64,000 nt of DNA. Origin: Candidatus Hydrothermales bacterium. Lineage in GTDB: Bacteria; Hydrothermota; Hydrothermia; Hydrothermales; JAJRUZ01. The stretch is taken from contig JBCNUW010000005.1 of assembly GCA_039630575.1 (NCBI GenBank), positions 1 through 64,000 of the forward strand, written 5' to 3'. Positions 48,131 to 57,843 of this stretch are shown piece by piece; position 1 is the stretch's first letter; every line of letters starts with the position of its first letter. The position numbers were made by a program, and so were the translations under genes. The notes below the pieces were generated by a model. The model was not told where the DNA came from, ran no database searches, and was given only the letters and a program-made list of their open reading frames with translations.

Positions 48131-49284
48131 GTGCAAAGATACTTACAGGAACTCACTATATGCTTGGTGATCATGCCTGTGGTGAGGGTGCTATTGCAGC
48201 AGGATGTAGATTTTTTGCAGGTTATCCTATAACTCCTTCCACAGAGATTGCTGAGTGGATTTCTGCCAGGTTCCCTAAGTTTGGAGGTGTTTTTATACAG
48301 ATGGAGGATGAGCTTGCTTCAATGGCTGCAATTGTTGGAGCTTCATGTGGTGGACTTAAATCTATGACTGCAACTTCGGGTCCAGGTATGTCACTTATGT
48401 TGGAAAATATGGGACTTGCTGTTATGCTTGAAGTACCCTGTGTAATTGTGAATGTTCAGAGAGGTGCTCCATCTACTGGACTTCCTACTCTTGTTGGTCA
48501 AGGAGACATAATGCAAGCAAAATGGGGTTCCCATGGTGATTATGAAATCGTTGCCTATTCTCCAGCCTCATGTCAGGAAATGTTTGATCTTACAATTTTA
48601 GCTTTTAATACAGCTGAAATTTATAGAATTCCAGTTGTAATACTAACTGATGAAGCTGTTGGTCATTTAAGAGAAAAAGTTGTTATTCCCGATGAATCAG
48701 AGATAGAAGTTGTTAATAGAAAAAAACCGAATGTTCCACCAGAAGAATACTTACCATACTTACCTGATGATGACCTTGTTCCAAGAATGGCTTTAGCAGG
48801 TGAAGGTTATTTTGTTCATATGACTGGTTTGACTCATGATGAAAGAGGTTATCCAAATATAACTGCTGAAGCTCATGAAAGACTTGTAAGGAGATTGATT
48901 GATAAGATACAAAAAAACAAGGATAAAATAATAAAGTATGAAGAAGTTCAAACAGATGATGCAGAGATATTACTTATATCTTATGGAATAACAGCAAGAA
49001 GTTCTTTAAAGGCCGTTCATATTTTAAGAAAAGAGGGAATTAAAGCTGGTTTATTTAGGTTGATAACAATTTGGCCCTTTCCTTATGAAAAGATAGAGGA
49101 GCTTTCAAGAAGAGTATCACTTATTGTTGTTTCTGAGATAAATTCAGGACAAGTAAGGGGAGAGGTTTTGAAGGCATTAAAAAGAGACCTGCCAGTAATC
49201 GGGGTAAACAAGCTAGGTGGAGATTTAATTACCCCACAAGAAATTGTTGAAAAAATAAAGGAATATTTAAAAATAAGAGTTTAA
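48127..49284 (+). CDS. korA: 2-oxoacid:ferredoxin oxidoreductase alpha subunit
   Basis: FFAGYPITPSTEI, QMEDELAS, TATSGPG, VQRGAPSTGLPT. Confidence 0.93.
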   Translation: MSAKILTGTHYMLGDHACGEGAIAAGCRFFAGYPITPSTEIAEWISARFPKFGGVFIQMEDELASMAAIVGASCGGLKSMTATSGPGMSLMLENMGLAVMLEVPCVIVNVQRGAPSTGLPTLVGQGDIMQAKWGSHGDYEIVAYSPASCQEMFDLTILAFNTAEIYRIPVVILTDEAVGHLREKVVIPDESEIEVVNRKKPNVPPEEYLPYLPDDDLVPRMALAGEGYFVHMTGLTHDERGYPNITAEAHERLVRRLIDKIQKNKDKIIKYEEVQTDDAEILLISYGITARSSLKAVHILRKEGIKAGLFRLITIWPFPYEKIEELSRRVSLIVVSEINSGQVRGEVLKALKRDLPVIGVNKLGGDLITPQEIVEKIKEYLKIRV

Positions 49285-49297
49285 AAAGGAGAAAAAA

Positions 49298-50149
49298 ATG
49301 GAGGTTCAAGTAAAAAAAGAAATTAAACATAGATTATCAAAATGGATTCGGGAGGACAGATGGCCTCATATTTGGTGTTCAGGCTGTGGTCTTGGAATTG
49401 CGATGAACACTATGCTTTATGCCTTTGAAGAACTGAACATTGATCCAAAGGAAGTTGCTATAGTAAGTGGAATAGGATGCACTGGTAGGGTAGCCGGCTA
49501 CGTTAAAGTTGATTCCTATCATACAACTCATGGAAGACCTGTGCCTTTTGCTATAGGTCTTAAGGTTGCAAAGCCAGAAATGAAGGTTATTATATTTTCA
49601 GGCGATGGTGATATTATAGCTATTGGAGGAAATCATTTCATCCATGCGGCAAGAAGAAATTTTGATTTGATCTGTATATGTGTAAATAATTTTAACTATG
49701 GTATGACTGGAGGTCAATTTGGTCCTACTACACCTTACAAAGCCAAAACTACAACAACACCCTATGGGAACTTTGAGTATCCCTTTAATTTACCTTATCT
49801 TGCAGCATCAGCCGGTGCAACCTTTGTGGCAAGGTGGACTTGTCTTCACACATACTATTTAAGACAAAGTATAAAAAAGGCTTTAAAGAGAAAAGGGTTT
49901 AGCTTCATTGAAATTATTTCTCCTTGCCCAACCGGTTTTGGCAGACCAAACAAAATAGGAGAAGGTCTTGATGAGATGAGATATTATAAAGAGAAAAGTA
50001 TTATTAAAAATGGAATTGACCCAAAAGATGCTGAGCTATCTTTAATGGGAGGAAATATAATTGTAGGTGAGTTTGTGGAGATAGATAAACCTTCATATCT
50101 TGAAATTCTGATGGAAAATAATGAAAGAATAAGGAGGGCAGAGATATGA
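49298..50149 (+). CDS. korB: 2-oxoacid:ferredoxin oxidoreductase beta subunit (TPP-binding)
   Basis: WCSGCG, SGIGCTGR, HTTHGR, GDGD...IGGNH, NNFNYGMTGGQ. Confidence 0.93.
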   Translation: MEVQVKKEIKHRLSKWIREDRWPHIWCSGCGLGIAMNTMLYAFEELNIDPKEVAIVSGIGCTGRVAGYVKVDSYHTTHGRPVPFAIGLKVAKPEMKVIIFSGDGDIIAIGGNHFIHAARRNFDLICICVNNFNYGMTGGQFGPTTPYKAKTTTTPYGNFEYPFNLPYLAASAGATFVARWTCLHTYYLRQSIKKALKRKGFSFIEIISPCPTGFGRPNKIGEGLDEMRYYKEKSIIKNGIDPKDAELSLMGGNIIVGEFVEIDKPSYLEILMENNERIRRAEI

Positions 50150-50721
50150 AAAGATCAATAAAGGAAATTCAATTTGCTGGTTTTGGTGGTCAAGGAATTG
50201 TTTTATCAAGTTATATTCTTGGTCAAGGTATAACTGTTTTTGAAGGTAGAAACAGCTCAATGACCCAAAGTTATGGTCCAGAAGCAAGGGGTGGAGCATG
50301 CTCCTCAGGTGTTGTTATATCAGATAATCCTGATGAGATGGTACCTTATCCTAAAGTGACAGAACCGGATGTTTTAGTTTGCATGTCTCAAGAAGCCTAT
50401 ACCACCTATCTTCGCAAAATAAAAATCGGAGGAATTTTAATTTATGATTCTGATCTTGTAACAATTGAAGATAAAAGAGATGATATAGAATATATTCCGA
50501 TTCCTGCTACAAGGAAAGCTGAGGAACTTGGAAATAAGTTAGTTGCAAATTCTATAATGCTCGGAGTTCTCCAAAGAATTACAGGTGTCTGTTCAGTAGA
50601 AGCTTTGAAAAAATCAATTGAATTTTCAGTTAGAAAAGAATATGCTGAGTTAAATATAAAAGCTTTTGATGAAGGAATAAGGCTTGCTGAGGATTTTTTA
50701 AAAAAGGGGGATAAAAAATGA
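50146..50721 (+). CDS. korC: 2-oxoacid:ferredoxin oxidoreductase gamma subunit
   Basis: AGFGGQG, TQSYGPEARGGA, ANSIMLG. Confidence 0.92.
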   Translation: MKRSIKEIQFAGFGGQGIVLSSYILGQGITVFEGRNSSMTQSYGPEARGGACSSGVVISDNPDEMVPYPKVTEPDVLVCMSQEAYTTYLRKIKIGGILIYDSDLVTIEDKRDDIEYIPIPATRKAEELGNKLVANSIMLGVLQRITGVCSVEALKKSIEFSVRKEYAELNIKAFDEGIRLAEDFLKKGDKK

Positions 50722-51131
50722 AGTTAAATCCTTATTTTAAGGAAGAAATTAATCGTGAATTGGGGGAACATAGTGTTTTAATGTGCTATCAATGTGGTAA
50801 ATGTTCATCTTTTTGTCCAGTATTTAACTTAAGTCCAGAAAAATTCAATCCTAGAAAATTGATTGAGATGGTTTATATAGGAGCAGAGGATGTTTTGATG
50901 ACTGAAGATATATGGAGATGCACAACTTGCTATGAATGTTTTGAAAACTGTCCCCAGAGAGTCAACTTTGTTGATATTGTATATTTACTGAGATCAAAGG
51001 CAACTGAAAAAGGTTACGCTCCAAAAGTTCCTTTGCAGGAGTTAGAACTTGTAAAAAAAGAGGGTTTTTCTGTTCAAATTTCACCAAGAGTAAAAAAATG
51101 GAAAGAAGAGGTAGTTAAAATAGGAGGATAA
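50718..51131 (+). CDS. hdrC: Heterodisulfide reductase subunit C-like
   Basis: CYQCGKCSSFCP and IWRCTTCYECFENCPQ. Confidence 0.88.
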   Translation: MKLNPYFKEEINRELGEHSVLMCYQCGKCSSFCPVFNLSPEKFNPRKLIEMVYIGAEDVLMTEDIWRCTTCYECFENCPQRVNFVDIVYLLRSKATEKGYAPKVPLQELELVKKEGFSVQISPRVKKWKEEVVKIGG

Positions 51132-51133
51132 AT

Positions 51134-51916
51134 ATGAAAGATAACTTTGTTTATTTTCCGGGATGTCTTGCTTTAAGAAAGTTTCCAGGTTTCGATTATT
51201 CTACAAGATATGTCCTTGATAAGTTAAACATAAATTACAAAACTTCAGAAGATTTTGTTTGCTGTCCAGATCCTGTATGGATCAGATCCTTATCTTCTAA
51301 AGATTGGAAGAATATAGGGTTTAAAAATCTTGAATTAGCAAAAAATTTAGGCTCAACATTGTTTACAATATGTAACGGATGTTTTGAAACGCTTTATACT
51401 CTAAAGAAGAATTATATAAATTTTAAGTCATTTAGAGTTGAACATCTCGTTTATACTTTATGGAAAAATAAAAAGGACGAAATAAAAAGTAAAATAGTAT
51501 TTCCCCTTAATGGTAAAAAGTTTGCAATTCATGAGGGTTGCCATTTTAAAAGACCAAGTTCTTTAATTTCCGAAGAATTTGAAGAATTGACAAAAGTAAA
51601 AATATTGAAAGAGATGGTTGAGCTTTTAGGTGCGGAAACAGCAGAGGGAAAAGATGAATGTTGTGGTTATCCAAATTCATTAACAGATAAGGAAATCTCT
51701 TATTTAATAGCAAAAAAAAGAATTGACAATTTCAAAGAAGTAGATGGGATAGTTGTTGTATGTCCTTCTTGCTTTTCTCACTTTGAAAATGTGTTAGCTC
51801 AGGAAAAAAGGGAATTACCTGTTTACTTTTATTTTGAACTTTTAGCTTATTCCCTTGGACTTGATAAAAATAAAATAGGTTTTGAATTTCATAGAATTAA
51901 ATCTTTAACAATTTAA
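51134..51916 (+). CDS. hdrB: Heterodisulfide reductase subunit B-like (CCG domains)
   Basis: YFPGC, CCPDP, CNGC, HEGCH, CCG, CPSC. Confidence 0.88.
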   Translation: MKDNFVYFPGCLALRKFPGFDYSTRYVLDKLNINYKTSEDFVCCPDPVWIRSLSSKDWKNIGFKNLELAKNLGSTLFTICNGCFETLYTLKKNYINFKSFRVEHLVYTLWKNKKDEIKSKIVFPLNGKKFAIHEGCHFKRPSSLISEEFEELTKVKILKEMVELLGAETAEGKDECCGYPNSLTDKEISYLIAKKRIDNFKEVDGIVVVCPSCFSHFENVLAQEKRELPVYFYFELLAYSLGLDKNKIGFEFHRIKSLTI

Positions 51917-51929
51917 AAGGGGGGAGAAA

Positions 51930-54395
51930 ATGAAAAAAAACGGAGAAGAAATAAGAATAGGAGTATATGTTTGCCATTGTGGATTGAACATAGCAGGTAG
52001 TGTAGATTGTATAGATGTTTCACAATTTGCATCTACTTTACCTAATGTGGTCATAGCAAGAGATTATAAGTATACTTGCTCTGAACCTGGTCAAGAGATT
52101 ATAAAGAAGGACATTAAGGAATATAAATTAAACAGAGTGGTTGTTGCTTCCTGTTCACCCAGGTTACATGAACCTACCTTTAGAAAGGCAATTGAAGAGG
52201 CGGGATTGAACAAGTACTTACTTGAGATGGCAAATATAAGAGAGCATTGCTCATGGGTTCATCTTTATGACAGAAAAGCTGCTACTGAAAAAGCTAAGGA
52301 TCTTGTCAGAGCAGCTGTTGCAAGAGCAAGATTCTTAAAGGAGCAAAAGGAACCAAAAGTCCCAATAATCAAGAAAGCTCTTGTAATAGGTGGAGGAGTT
52401 GCAGGTATCCAAGCAGCTCTTGATCTTGCTGATACAGGTTATGAAGTTTATATGGTTGAAAAGGAACCCTCTATAGGCGGAAGGATGGCTCAGATCGATA
52501 AGACCTTTCCTACTATGGATTGTTCAATCTGTATTCTTGCTCCTAAGATGGCAGAAGCTGGAAGACACCCCAACATAAAGATTTTCACAAATTCTACTGT
52601 AAAAGAAATTACAGGTTACATAGGTAATTTTCATATAAAAATTGAAAAGAAGGCAAGATATGTAACAAAAGAATGCACAGCCTGTGGTGATTGCTCTAAA
52701 GTTTGTCCTGAGGAGCACCCTAACGAGTTTGACGTGGGTATGGCAACAAGGAAAGCTATTTATATACCTTTTCCCCAAGCTGTTCCAACTCAGTACATAA
52801 TTGATCCGAATCTATGTCTGAACCTAAGAAAAGGTACGATAGTTTGTGAGGAATGTATTTTAGCCTGTGAAAAGAAAGCAATAAACTTTAATGATAAAGA
52901 TGAGATTGTAGAAATTGATGTTGGTACAATAATTGTAGCTACCGGAATGGATGTTTATGACCCTAAGGAAAACAACGATTATGGTTATGGAATTTATGAG
53001 AATGTTATAACTTCTCTTGAGTTTGAAAGACTTATTAATTCAGCTGGTCCAACTAAGGGTAATCTTATAAGACCCTCTGATGGTAAAATTCCAAAAATTG
53101 TTTCCTTTATTCAATGTGTAGGTTCAAGGGATTTGCGAACAAATAAGTATTGTTCAAATGTATGTTGTATGAATACAGTGAAAGATGCCCTTTTGATTAA
53201 AGAACACTGGCCAGAGACTCAGATTTATGTTTTCTATCAAGACATAAGAGCTTTTGGCAAGGGTTTTGAAGACCTCTACAGAAGAAGTAAAGAGGAAGGA
53301 GTTATTTATATAAGGGGTTTACCCTCACGTGTTGAAGAATTACCTGATAAGAGATTAAAGATATACGCAGAGGACACCTTATTATCAAAAACAGTTGAGC
53401 TTGAAACTGATATGGTAATACTATCAGTTGGACTTATTCCAAGAAAAGATAAGGAGGAAATCCAGAAAAAACTTGCTTTAAGCTTGTCAGAGGATGGTTT
53501 TTACCTGGAATCACATCCCAAGTTAAAACCTGTTGATACAGCAATAGGCGGTGTATTCCTTGCAGGTTGTGCTGAAGGACCAAAGGATATAAAGGATAGT
53601 GTGACTCAGGCATCAGCTTCTGCAGCAAGAGCTGGTATTTTAATGGCAAAAGGAGAGGTTACTGTAGAGGCATTAACTCCTGTTATAGATCCTGAGGTTT
53701 GCAAAAAATGTGGTATGTGTGCAAATGTTTGTCCATATAATGCATGGATTTGGAGTAAAGAGGAGAGAAATGTTCCTAAGTTAATTGAGGCTTCCTGTGC
53801 TGGATGTGGTGGTTGTGGTGCTGAGTGTCCATCCGAGGCGATAGATATGAGGCACTTTCCAGATGAGGCTATATATGCTCAAATTGACGCCCTTTTGGAG
53901 GAGAACCCATCAGAGAAAATTATTGTTTTTGCCTGTAACTGGTGCTCATATGCAGGTGCTGATCTTGCTGGTGTTTCAAGATTCCAATATCCTCCAAATG
54001 CGAGAATAATCAGATCAATGTGTTCCGCAAGAATCAAACCGGATTTTGTAATACATGCTTTAAGAAAAGGAGCAGGAGCAGTTTTGTGGTCAGGTTGCCA
54101 TATAGGTGATTGTCATTACAACTTTGCGAATTTAAATGCTAAAAGAAGGTATGAAAATATGATGAAAAAACTTGAAAGACTCGGGATTAGAAAGGAAAGA
54201 GTGCAGCTTGACTGGTTCTCAGCTGCTGAGGGTATTCAGTTTGCAAATAAGATGAAGGAGATGGCTGAAATTGTAAAGACTGTAACTCCCGAAGAAATTG
54301 AAAAAACAAAAGAGGCTTTATCTCAATTTAAAATTCCAGAAAAGTATAAAAAGTTTTTATCAACAATAAAGATGGAAGAAAAAGTTCTTGTCTAA
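51930..54395 (+). CDS. hdrA: Heterodisulfide reductase subunit A fused to an MvhD domain
   Basis: IGVYVCHCG, CSPRLHE, NIREHCSWVH, GGGVAG, KTFPTMDCS, CSNVCCM, GPKDI; C-terminal FACNWCSYAGADLAG...GCHIGDCHY matches MvhD. Confidence 0.94.
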   Translation: MKKNGEEIRIGVYVCHCGLNIAGSVDCIDVSQFASTLPNVVIARDYKYTCSEPGQEIIKKDIKEYKLNRVVVASCSPRLHEPTFRKAIEEAGLNKYLLEMANIREHCSWVHLYDRKAATEKAKDLVRAAVARARFLKEQKEPKVPIIKKALVIGGGVAGIQAALDLADTGYEVYMVEKEPSIGGRMAQIDKTFPTMDCSICILAPKMAEAGRHPNIKIFTNSTVKEITGYIGNFHIKIEKKARYVTKECTACGDCSKVCPEEHPNEFDVGMATRKAIYIPFPQAVPTQYIIDPNLCLNLRKGTIVCEECILACEKKAINFNDKDEIVEIDVGTIIVATGMDVYDPKENNDYGYGIYENVITSLEFERLINSAGPTKGNLIRPSDGKIPKIVSFIQCVGSRDLRTNKYCSNVCCMNTVKDALLIKEHWPETQIYVFYQDIRAFGKGFEDLYRRSKEEGVIYIRGLPSRVEELPDKRLKIYAEDTLLSKTVELETDMVILSVGLIPRKDKEEIQKKLALSLSEDGFYLESHPKLKPVDTAIGGVFLAGCAEGPKDIKDSVTQASASAARAGILMAKGEVTVEALTPVIDPEVCKKCGMCANVCPYNAWIWSKEERNVPKLIEASCAGCGGCGAECPSEAIDMRHFPDEAIYAQIDALLEENPSEKIIVFACNWCSYAGADLAGVSRFQYPPNARIIRSMCSARIKPDFVIHALRKGAGAVLWSGCHIGDCHYNFANLNAKRRYENMMKKLERLGIRKERVQLDWFSAAEGIQFANKMKEMAEIVKTVTPEEIEKTKEALSQFKIPEKYKKFLSTIKMEEKVLV

Positions 54396-54450
54396 AATTT
54401 CAAGGAGGATATTAAAGGGGGTAAAAGTTTAAAATTTTTTATAAATAAAA

Positions 54451-57192
54451 TTACGTTTTACTTTTTTTAACTAAAAATTTTGGTTTTCTGGTTGAAATAA
54501 ATATTGGTATTAGAATTAAAGAGGATAGAGAAGAAATAATCATAGTAATAAAAGTTAAAATACCAAATCTTTTTATAATTATTAAATCCCCTAGAACTAA
54601 AACAAGTAGGCCTAACCCCACTGAGAGAGCATTTATAAAAACCGCTCTTCCTGTAGTTTTTAAAAGGTTTTCAAAGATATTATTGTTACCCATTTCTAAT
54701 TCTTTTTTGATTCTGGAAATAACATGAATAGAGTAGTCTATACCTATACCTATTATAATTGGAGCAATCATTACACTTGCTGCATCAAGAGGATAATTTA
54801 AAAATCCTAAAAGTCCGAAGTATATCAATGTCGTAAAAATTATTGGTAACACTGTAATTAGTCCACCTGTTATTGATTTCCACTCAATTGAGACAAAAAT
54901 GAATACTAAGATTAAAACCATTAAAAGACTTTGCATTTGACTTTTTAAGAGATTATCATCAAGTTTTTTGTAAATTTGAGGAACTCCGGTGTGATAAATC
55001 TTAAAATTAAAAATTTCTCCATCATCCTTAAATTCCTCTTCATAGGGGATAATCCATTTTTCTCCTGTGAATTCATAAATATAATCTTTTATTTTTTTAT
55101 CAAAATTTAAACTGTTTATAAACCCTAGTCTTTTGGACTCCTTTAAGATTTCCTCCAGTTCTAAAGCTGCTTCCTCAATATCTTCCCTTTTATTTTTAAA
55201 ATATTTTATTAGAACACCCTTTATATCATTTTCCTTTAGTATATCTCTAATAACTTTTTCCCTTAATTTTTTGTCTAAAATTACTATATAGGCTTCTTCA
55301 CTTTTAAAATACTCCTCTAGCTTTCCAAATGATACTTCTTCTACATATTTTTTGAATTTGCTTTCATCTGAATAAGAATAAAGAGTTTCGTAGATTTTTG
55401 TAGAGTCTTCTATGTTAAAAACTTCGCAAATTGTCTTAGTATAAAACTTTGTATATTTTTTAAAGACTTTCTCTCTTTTATTATGGTCCAAAGTGTTTTG
55501 GTCAATCATTAAATACTTACCTGAAAACCTTTTAACAACGCTTTCAATGTAATCTGCTACTTCTCGAATTATTTTTGTTTTTCCAAGTTCTGAAACCATT
55601 TGAATTGTTGCCTTTTTACCATCTTTTCTTACTATCATATCTAATTGAGGCTGACCCTCTAAAAGAAAATAGAGGTTGTTTATTTTCTCCTCTGATTCAG
55701 GTATTGATTTAAAATCTGTGACAAGTTCATTCATTTCAGCAATTAAATCTGCAATTGATTGAGGGTTATGTATATATTGAGATTTTTTTAGTAGATCACT
55801 TGTGTGTTTCATTAACTTTAAAATTAAGGGATTTTTAATATTATCAGCTTCAAAGACTACATAGGAAGATGCATGACCACCAAATTTATCTCTTACGAGT
55901 TCAGCAGATACCCTTACAGGATTATTACTGGGAAAATAAGCAATCATATCAACTTCTCTTTTTATTTTTAAAATACCTAAAATACTAATAAAAAGAATTA
56001 CAAAACATAATTTTGCAACTATGTTCTTATATTTTTTTATTAATTTAGAAATAAAAAAAAGTAATAAGGATGGTGGAAAAGTAAAATCTTTTATTAAGGA
56101 AATGTTTGATATATTATAAGAAAGAATAACAGGAATAAAAGTTAATGTTAGAATTAAAGCGAAAATAACACCTATACTTAAAAAAATTCCAAATTTTCTT
56201 ATTACATCAAGTTGAGTAAATATAAGAGAAAGGAAACCAAAAAAAGTTGTAACTGCTGCCATAAAAATTGGAACCCACATATCTCTTACACTTTTCTTTA
56301 TCCCATCATTTTCTTTTTCGTACTCTTTGTATTTGTTTAAAAGATGTATTCCATAAGCAGAACCAACAGCTAAAAGAATAACTGGAAGAATATTAGATAC
56401 TATCGATAATGGAACATTTAGAAATCCCATTAAACCAAGAACCCATGTTATAGAAATTATAACAACACTTATGATCAATAGAATTCCTTGAAAATTCTTA
56501 AAACTTAAAAATAATATCAGAGTAATTATAATTAATGAGTAAGGAATTAGCCTTATTATTTCTTTTCTTATCATTTCGTTAACAAATATAACTACAAAAG
56601 GAATCCCACTATAATGAATTTCAAAATTTTCTTTTAATTCTTCTGTAATTTCCCTTATCTTTAATGCAGTTTTTTCTTTATCAGATTTTTCTGAAAATCT
56701 TATAATGATTGATGTATATTTTCCATCCTCTGAAACTATAACACCCTTATATCTTTCCTTTGACATAACATAACTTTTTAAACTGTCATACTCCTCTTTT
56801 GCTTTTGGTATGTAATTGGGCGGTAGGAGTTTACCAACTTCTATTCCATCCTCTATTTTTTTTATATCCATAATATCTGTTAGACTTAAACAATTTGAAA
56901 TTCCCTCTATTTTTTTATATTCTTCTGTAAGTTCTTGAATTTTTTGGAATGTTTTCTCATTAAAAACATCGGGAATACCTTTTAGAATAACCATTCCGAT
57001 CAAATTACCCTCAAATTCCTCTCCTATTTCATTAAACATCTTTATGTAGGGCTCATCAGGTGGAAGAGCCTTTAAGATATCCCCTTGTATCTTAAGTTTT
57101 GTAATTCCAAAGACAAAAAAGAAGGTTAAAAAAGTCACAAAAATTAAGTATAATAATTTTCTTTTAAGCAAAAATTCTATTATATTTTCCAT
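54451..57192 (-). CDS. MMPL/RND family transporter
   Basis: Two 6-TM repeats with large soluble loops; GSAYGIH, TTFFGFLSL, GIGIDYSIH, GRAVFINA. Confidence 0.9.
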   Translation of the reverse strand: MENIIEFLLKRKLLYLIFVTFLTFFFVFGITKLKIQGDILKALPPDEPYIKMFNEIGEEFEGNLIGMVILKGIPDVFNEKTFQKIQELTEEYKKIEGISNCLSLTDIMDIKKIEDGIEVGKLLPPNYIPKAKEEYDSLKSYVMSKERYKGVIVSEDGKYTSIIIRFSEKSDKEKTALKIREITEELKENFEIHYSGIPFVVIFVNEMIRKEIIRLIPYSLIIITLILFLSFKNFQGILLIISVVIISITWVLGLMGFLNVPLSIVSNILPVILLAVGSAYGIHLLNKYKEYEKENDGIKKSVRDMWVPIFMAAVTTFFGFLSLIFTQLDVIRKFGIFLSIGVIFALILTLTFIPVILSYNISNISLIKDFTFPPSLLLFFISKLIKKYKNIVAKLCFVILFISILGILKIKREVDMIAYFPSNNPVRVSAELVRDKFGGHASSYVVFEADNIKNPLILKLMKHTSDLLKKSQYIHNPQSIADLIAEMNELVTDFKSIPESEEKINNLYFLLEGQPQLDMIVRKDGKKATIQMVSELGKTKIIREVADYIESVVKRFSGKYLMIDQNTLDHNKREKVFKKYTKFYTKTICEVFNIEDSTKIYETLYSYSDESKFKKYVEEVSFGKLEEYFKSEEAYIVILDKKLREKVIRDILKENDIKGVLIKYFKNKREDIEEAALELEEILKESKRLGFINSLNFDKKIKDYIYEFTGEKWIIPYEEEFKDDGEIFNFKIYHTGVPQIYKKLDDNLLKSQMQSLLMVLILVFIFVSIEWKSITGGLITVLPIIFTTLIYFGLLGFLNYPLDAASVMIAPIIIGIGIDYSIHVISRIKKELEMGNNNIFENLLKTTGRAVFINALSVGLGLLVLVLGDLIIIKRFGILTFITMIISSLSSLILIPIFISTRKPKFLVKKSKT

Positions 57193-57194
57193 AT

Positions 57195-57836
57195 TTATTT
57201 TAGTCTTTTTAATATTTCCTTTAAGTCTCTTTTTATTTCAAGTAAATCTTCCTTTATATCAGATATTTCTTTTATCTTTCTTTCAGATACACCAAATTCT
57301 GTAAGTATTTCTTTTATGTTATTTTTTAAATAATCTTTGAGTTCTCTTTTTGATGTTATTCCAATTTTTTTAAGAGCTTCATCAAGAACAGATCTTATTT
57401 TCTCTTCAAGTATCTTTTCCCTTTCTCTAGCAGATTCAATTAATAAATTCTTTAACACTTCAGCTTCTTTTTCACTAATCTTCTTTTTATCAATTAAAGT
57501 TCTCACAATCTCCTTTGCTTTCTGTTCTGTGAGAGATATAGCGTTTATAGAAGCGATAAGTGAATTTTTTATAAATTCAATTACTGCTGACTTACCAGAT
57601 TTTATGATCTCTCTTAATATATAAGGAGCTGAAGAAAATTCTTTTCTATCCTTCACTATTTCCATCAAAATTTGAACCAGGGTTAAATCAGTTATATCAT
57701 CACCGGTTTCATTGTCAATTACCATAAAATCGATTCCATCCTTTACATAGTTCGAAAGTTCTGAAATTGTAATCATTTTTGATGCTTCTGTATCGTAGAG
57801 CTTTCTGTTAGAATATTTTTTAATAACTCTTTTCAT
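57195..57836 (-). CDS. PhaR-like DNA-binding domain fused to a phasin-like helical domain
   Basis: IKKYSNRKLYDTE...VIDNETGDDIT..TLVQI (PHB accumulation regulator N-domain); ISLTEQKAKEIVRTLIDKKKISEKEA is phasin-like. Confidence 0.85.
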   Translation of the reverse strand: MKRVIKKYSNRKLYDTEASKMITISELSNYVKDGIDFMVIDNETGDDITDLTLVQILMEIVKDRKEFSSAPYILREIIKSGKSAVIEFIKNSLIASINAISLTEQKAKEIVRTLIDKKKISEKEAEVLKNLLIESAREREKILEEKIRSVLDEALKKIGITSKRELKDYLKNNIKEILTEFGVSERKIKEISDIKEDLLEIKRDLKEILKRLK

Positions 57837-57843
57837 TAAAAAT

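Noticed and set aside
2270..57624. Many short (60-115 aa) ORFs nested in or antisense to long genes
   Set aside because: They overlap well-supported CDSs, have no recognisable motifs, and have the composition expected of antisense or off-frame translation in AT-rich DNA.
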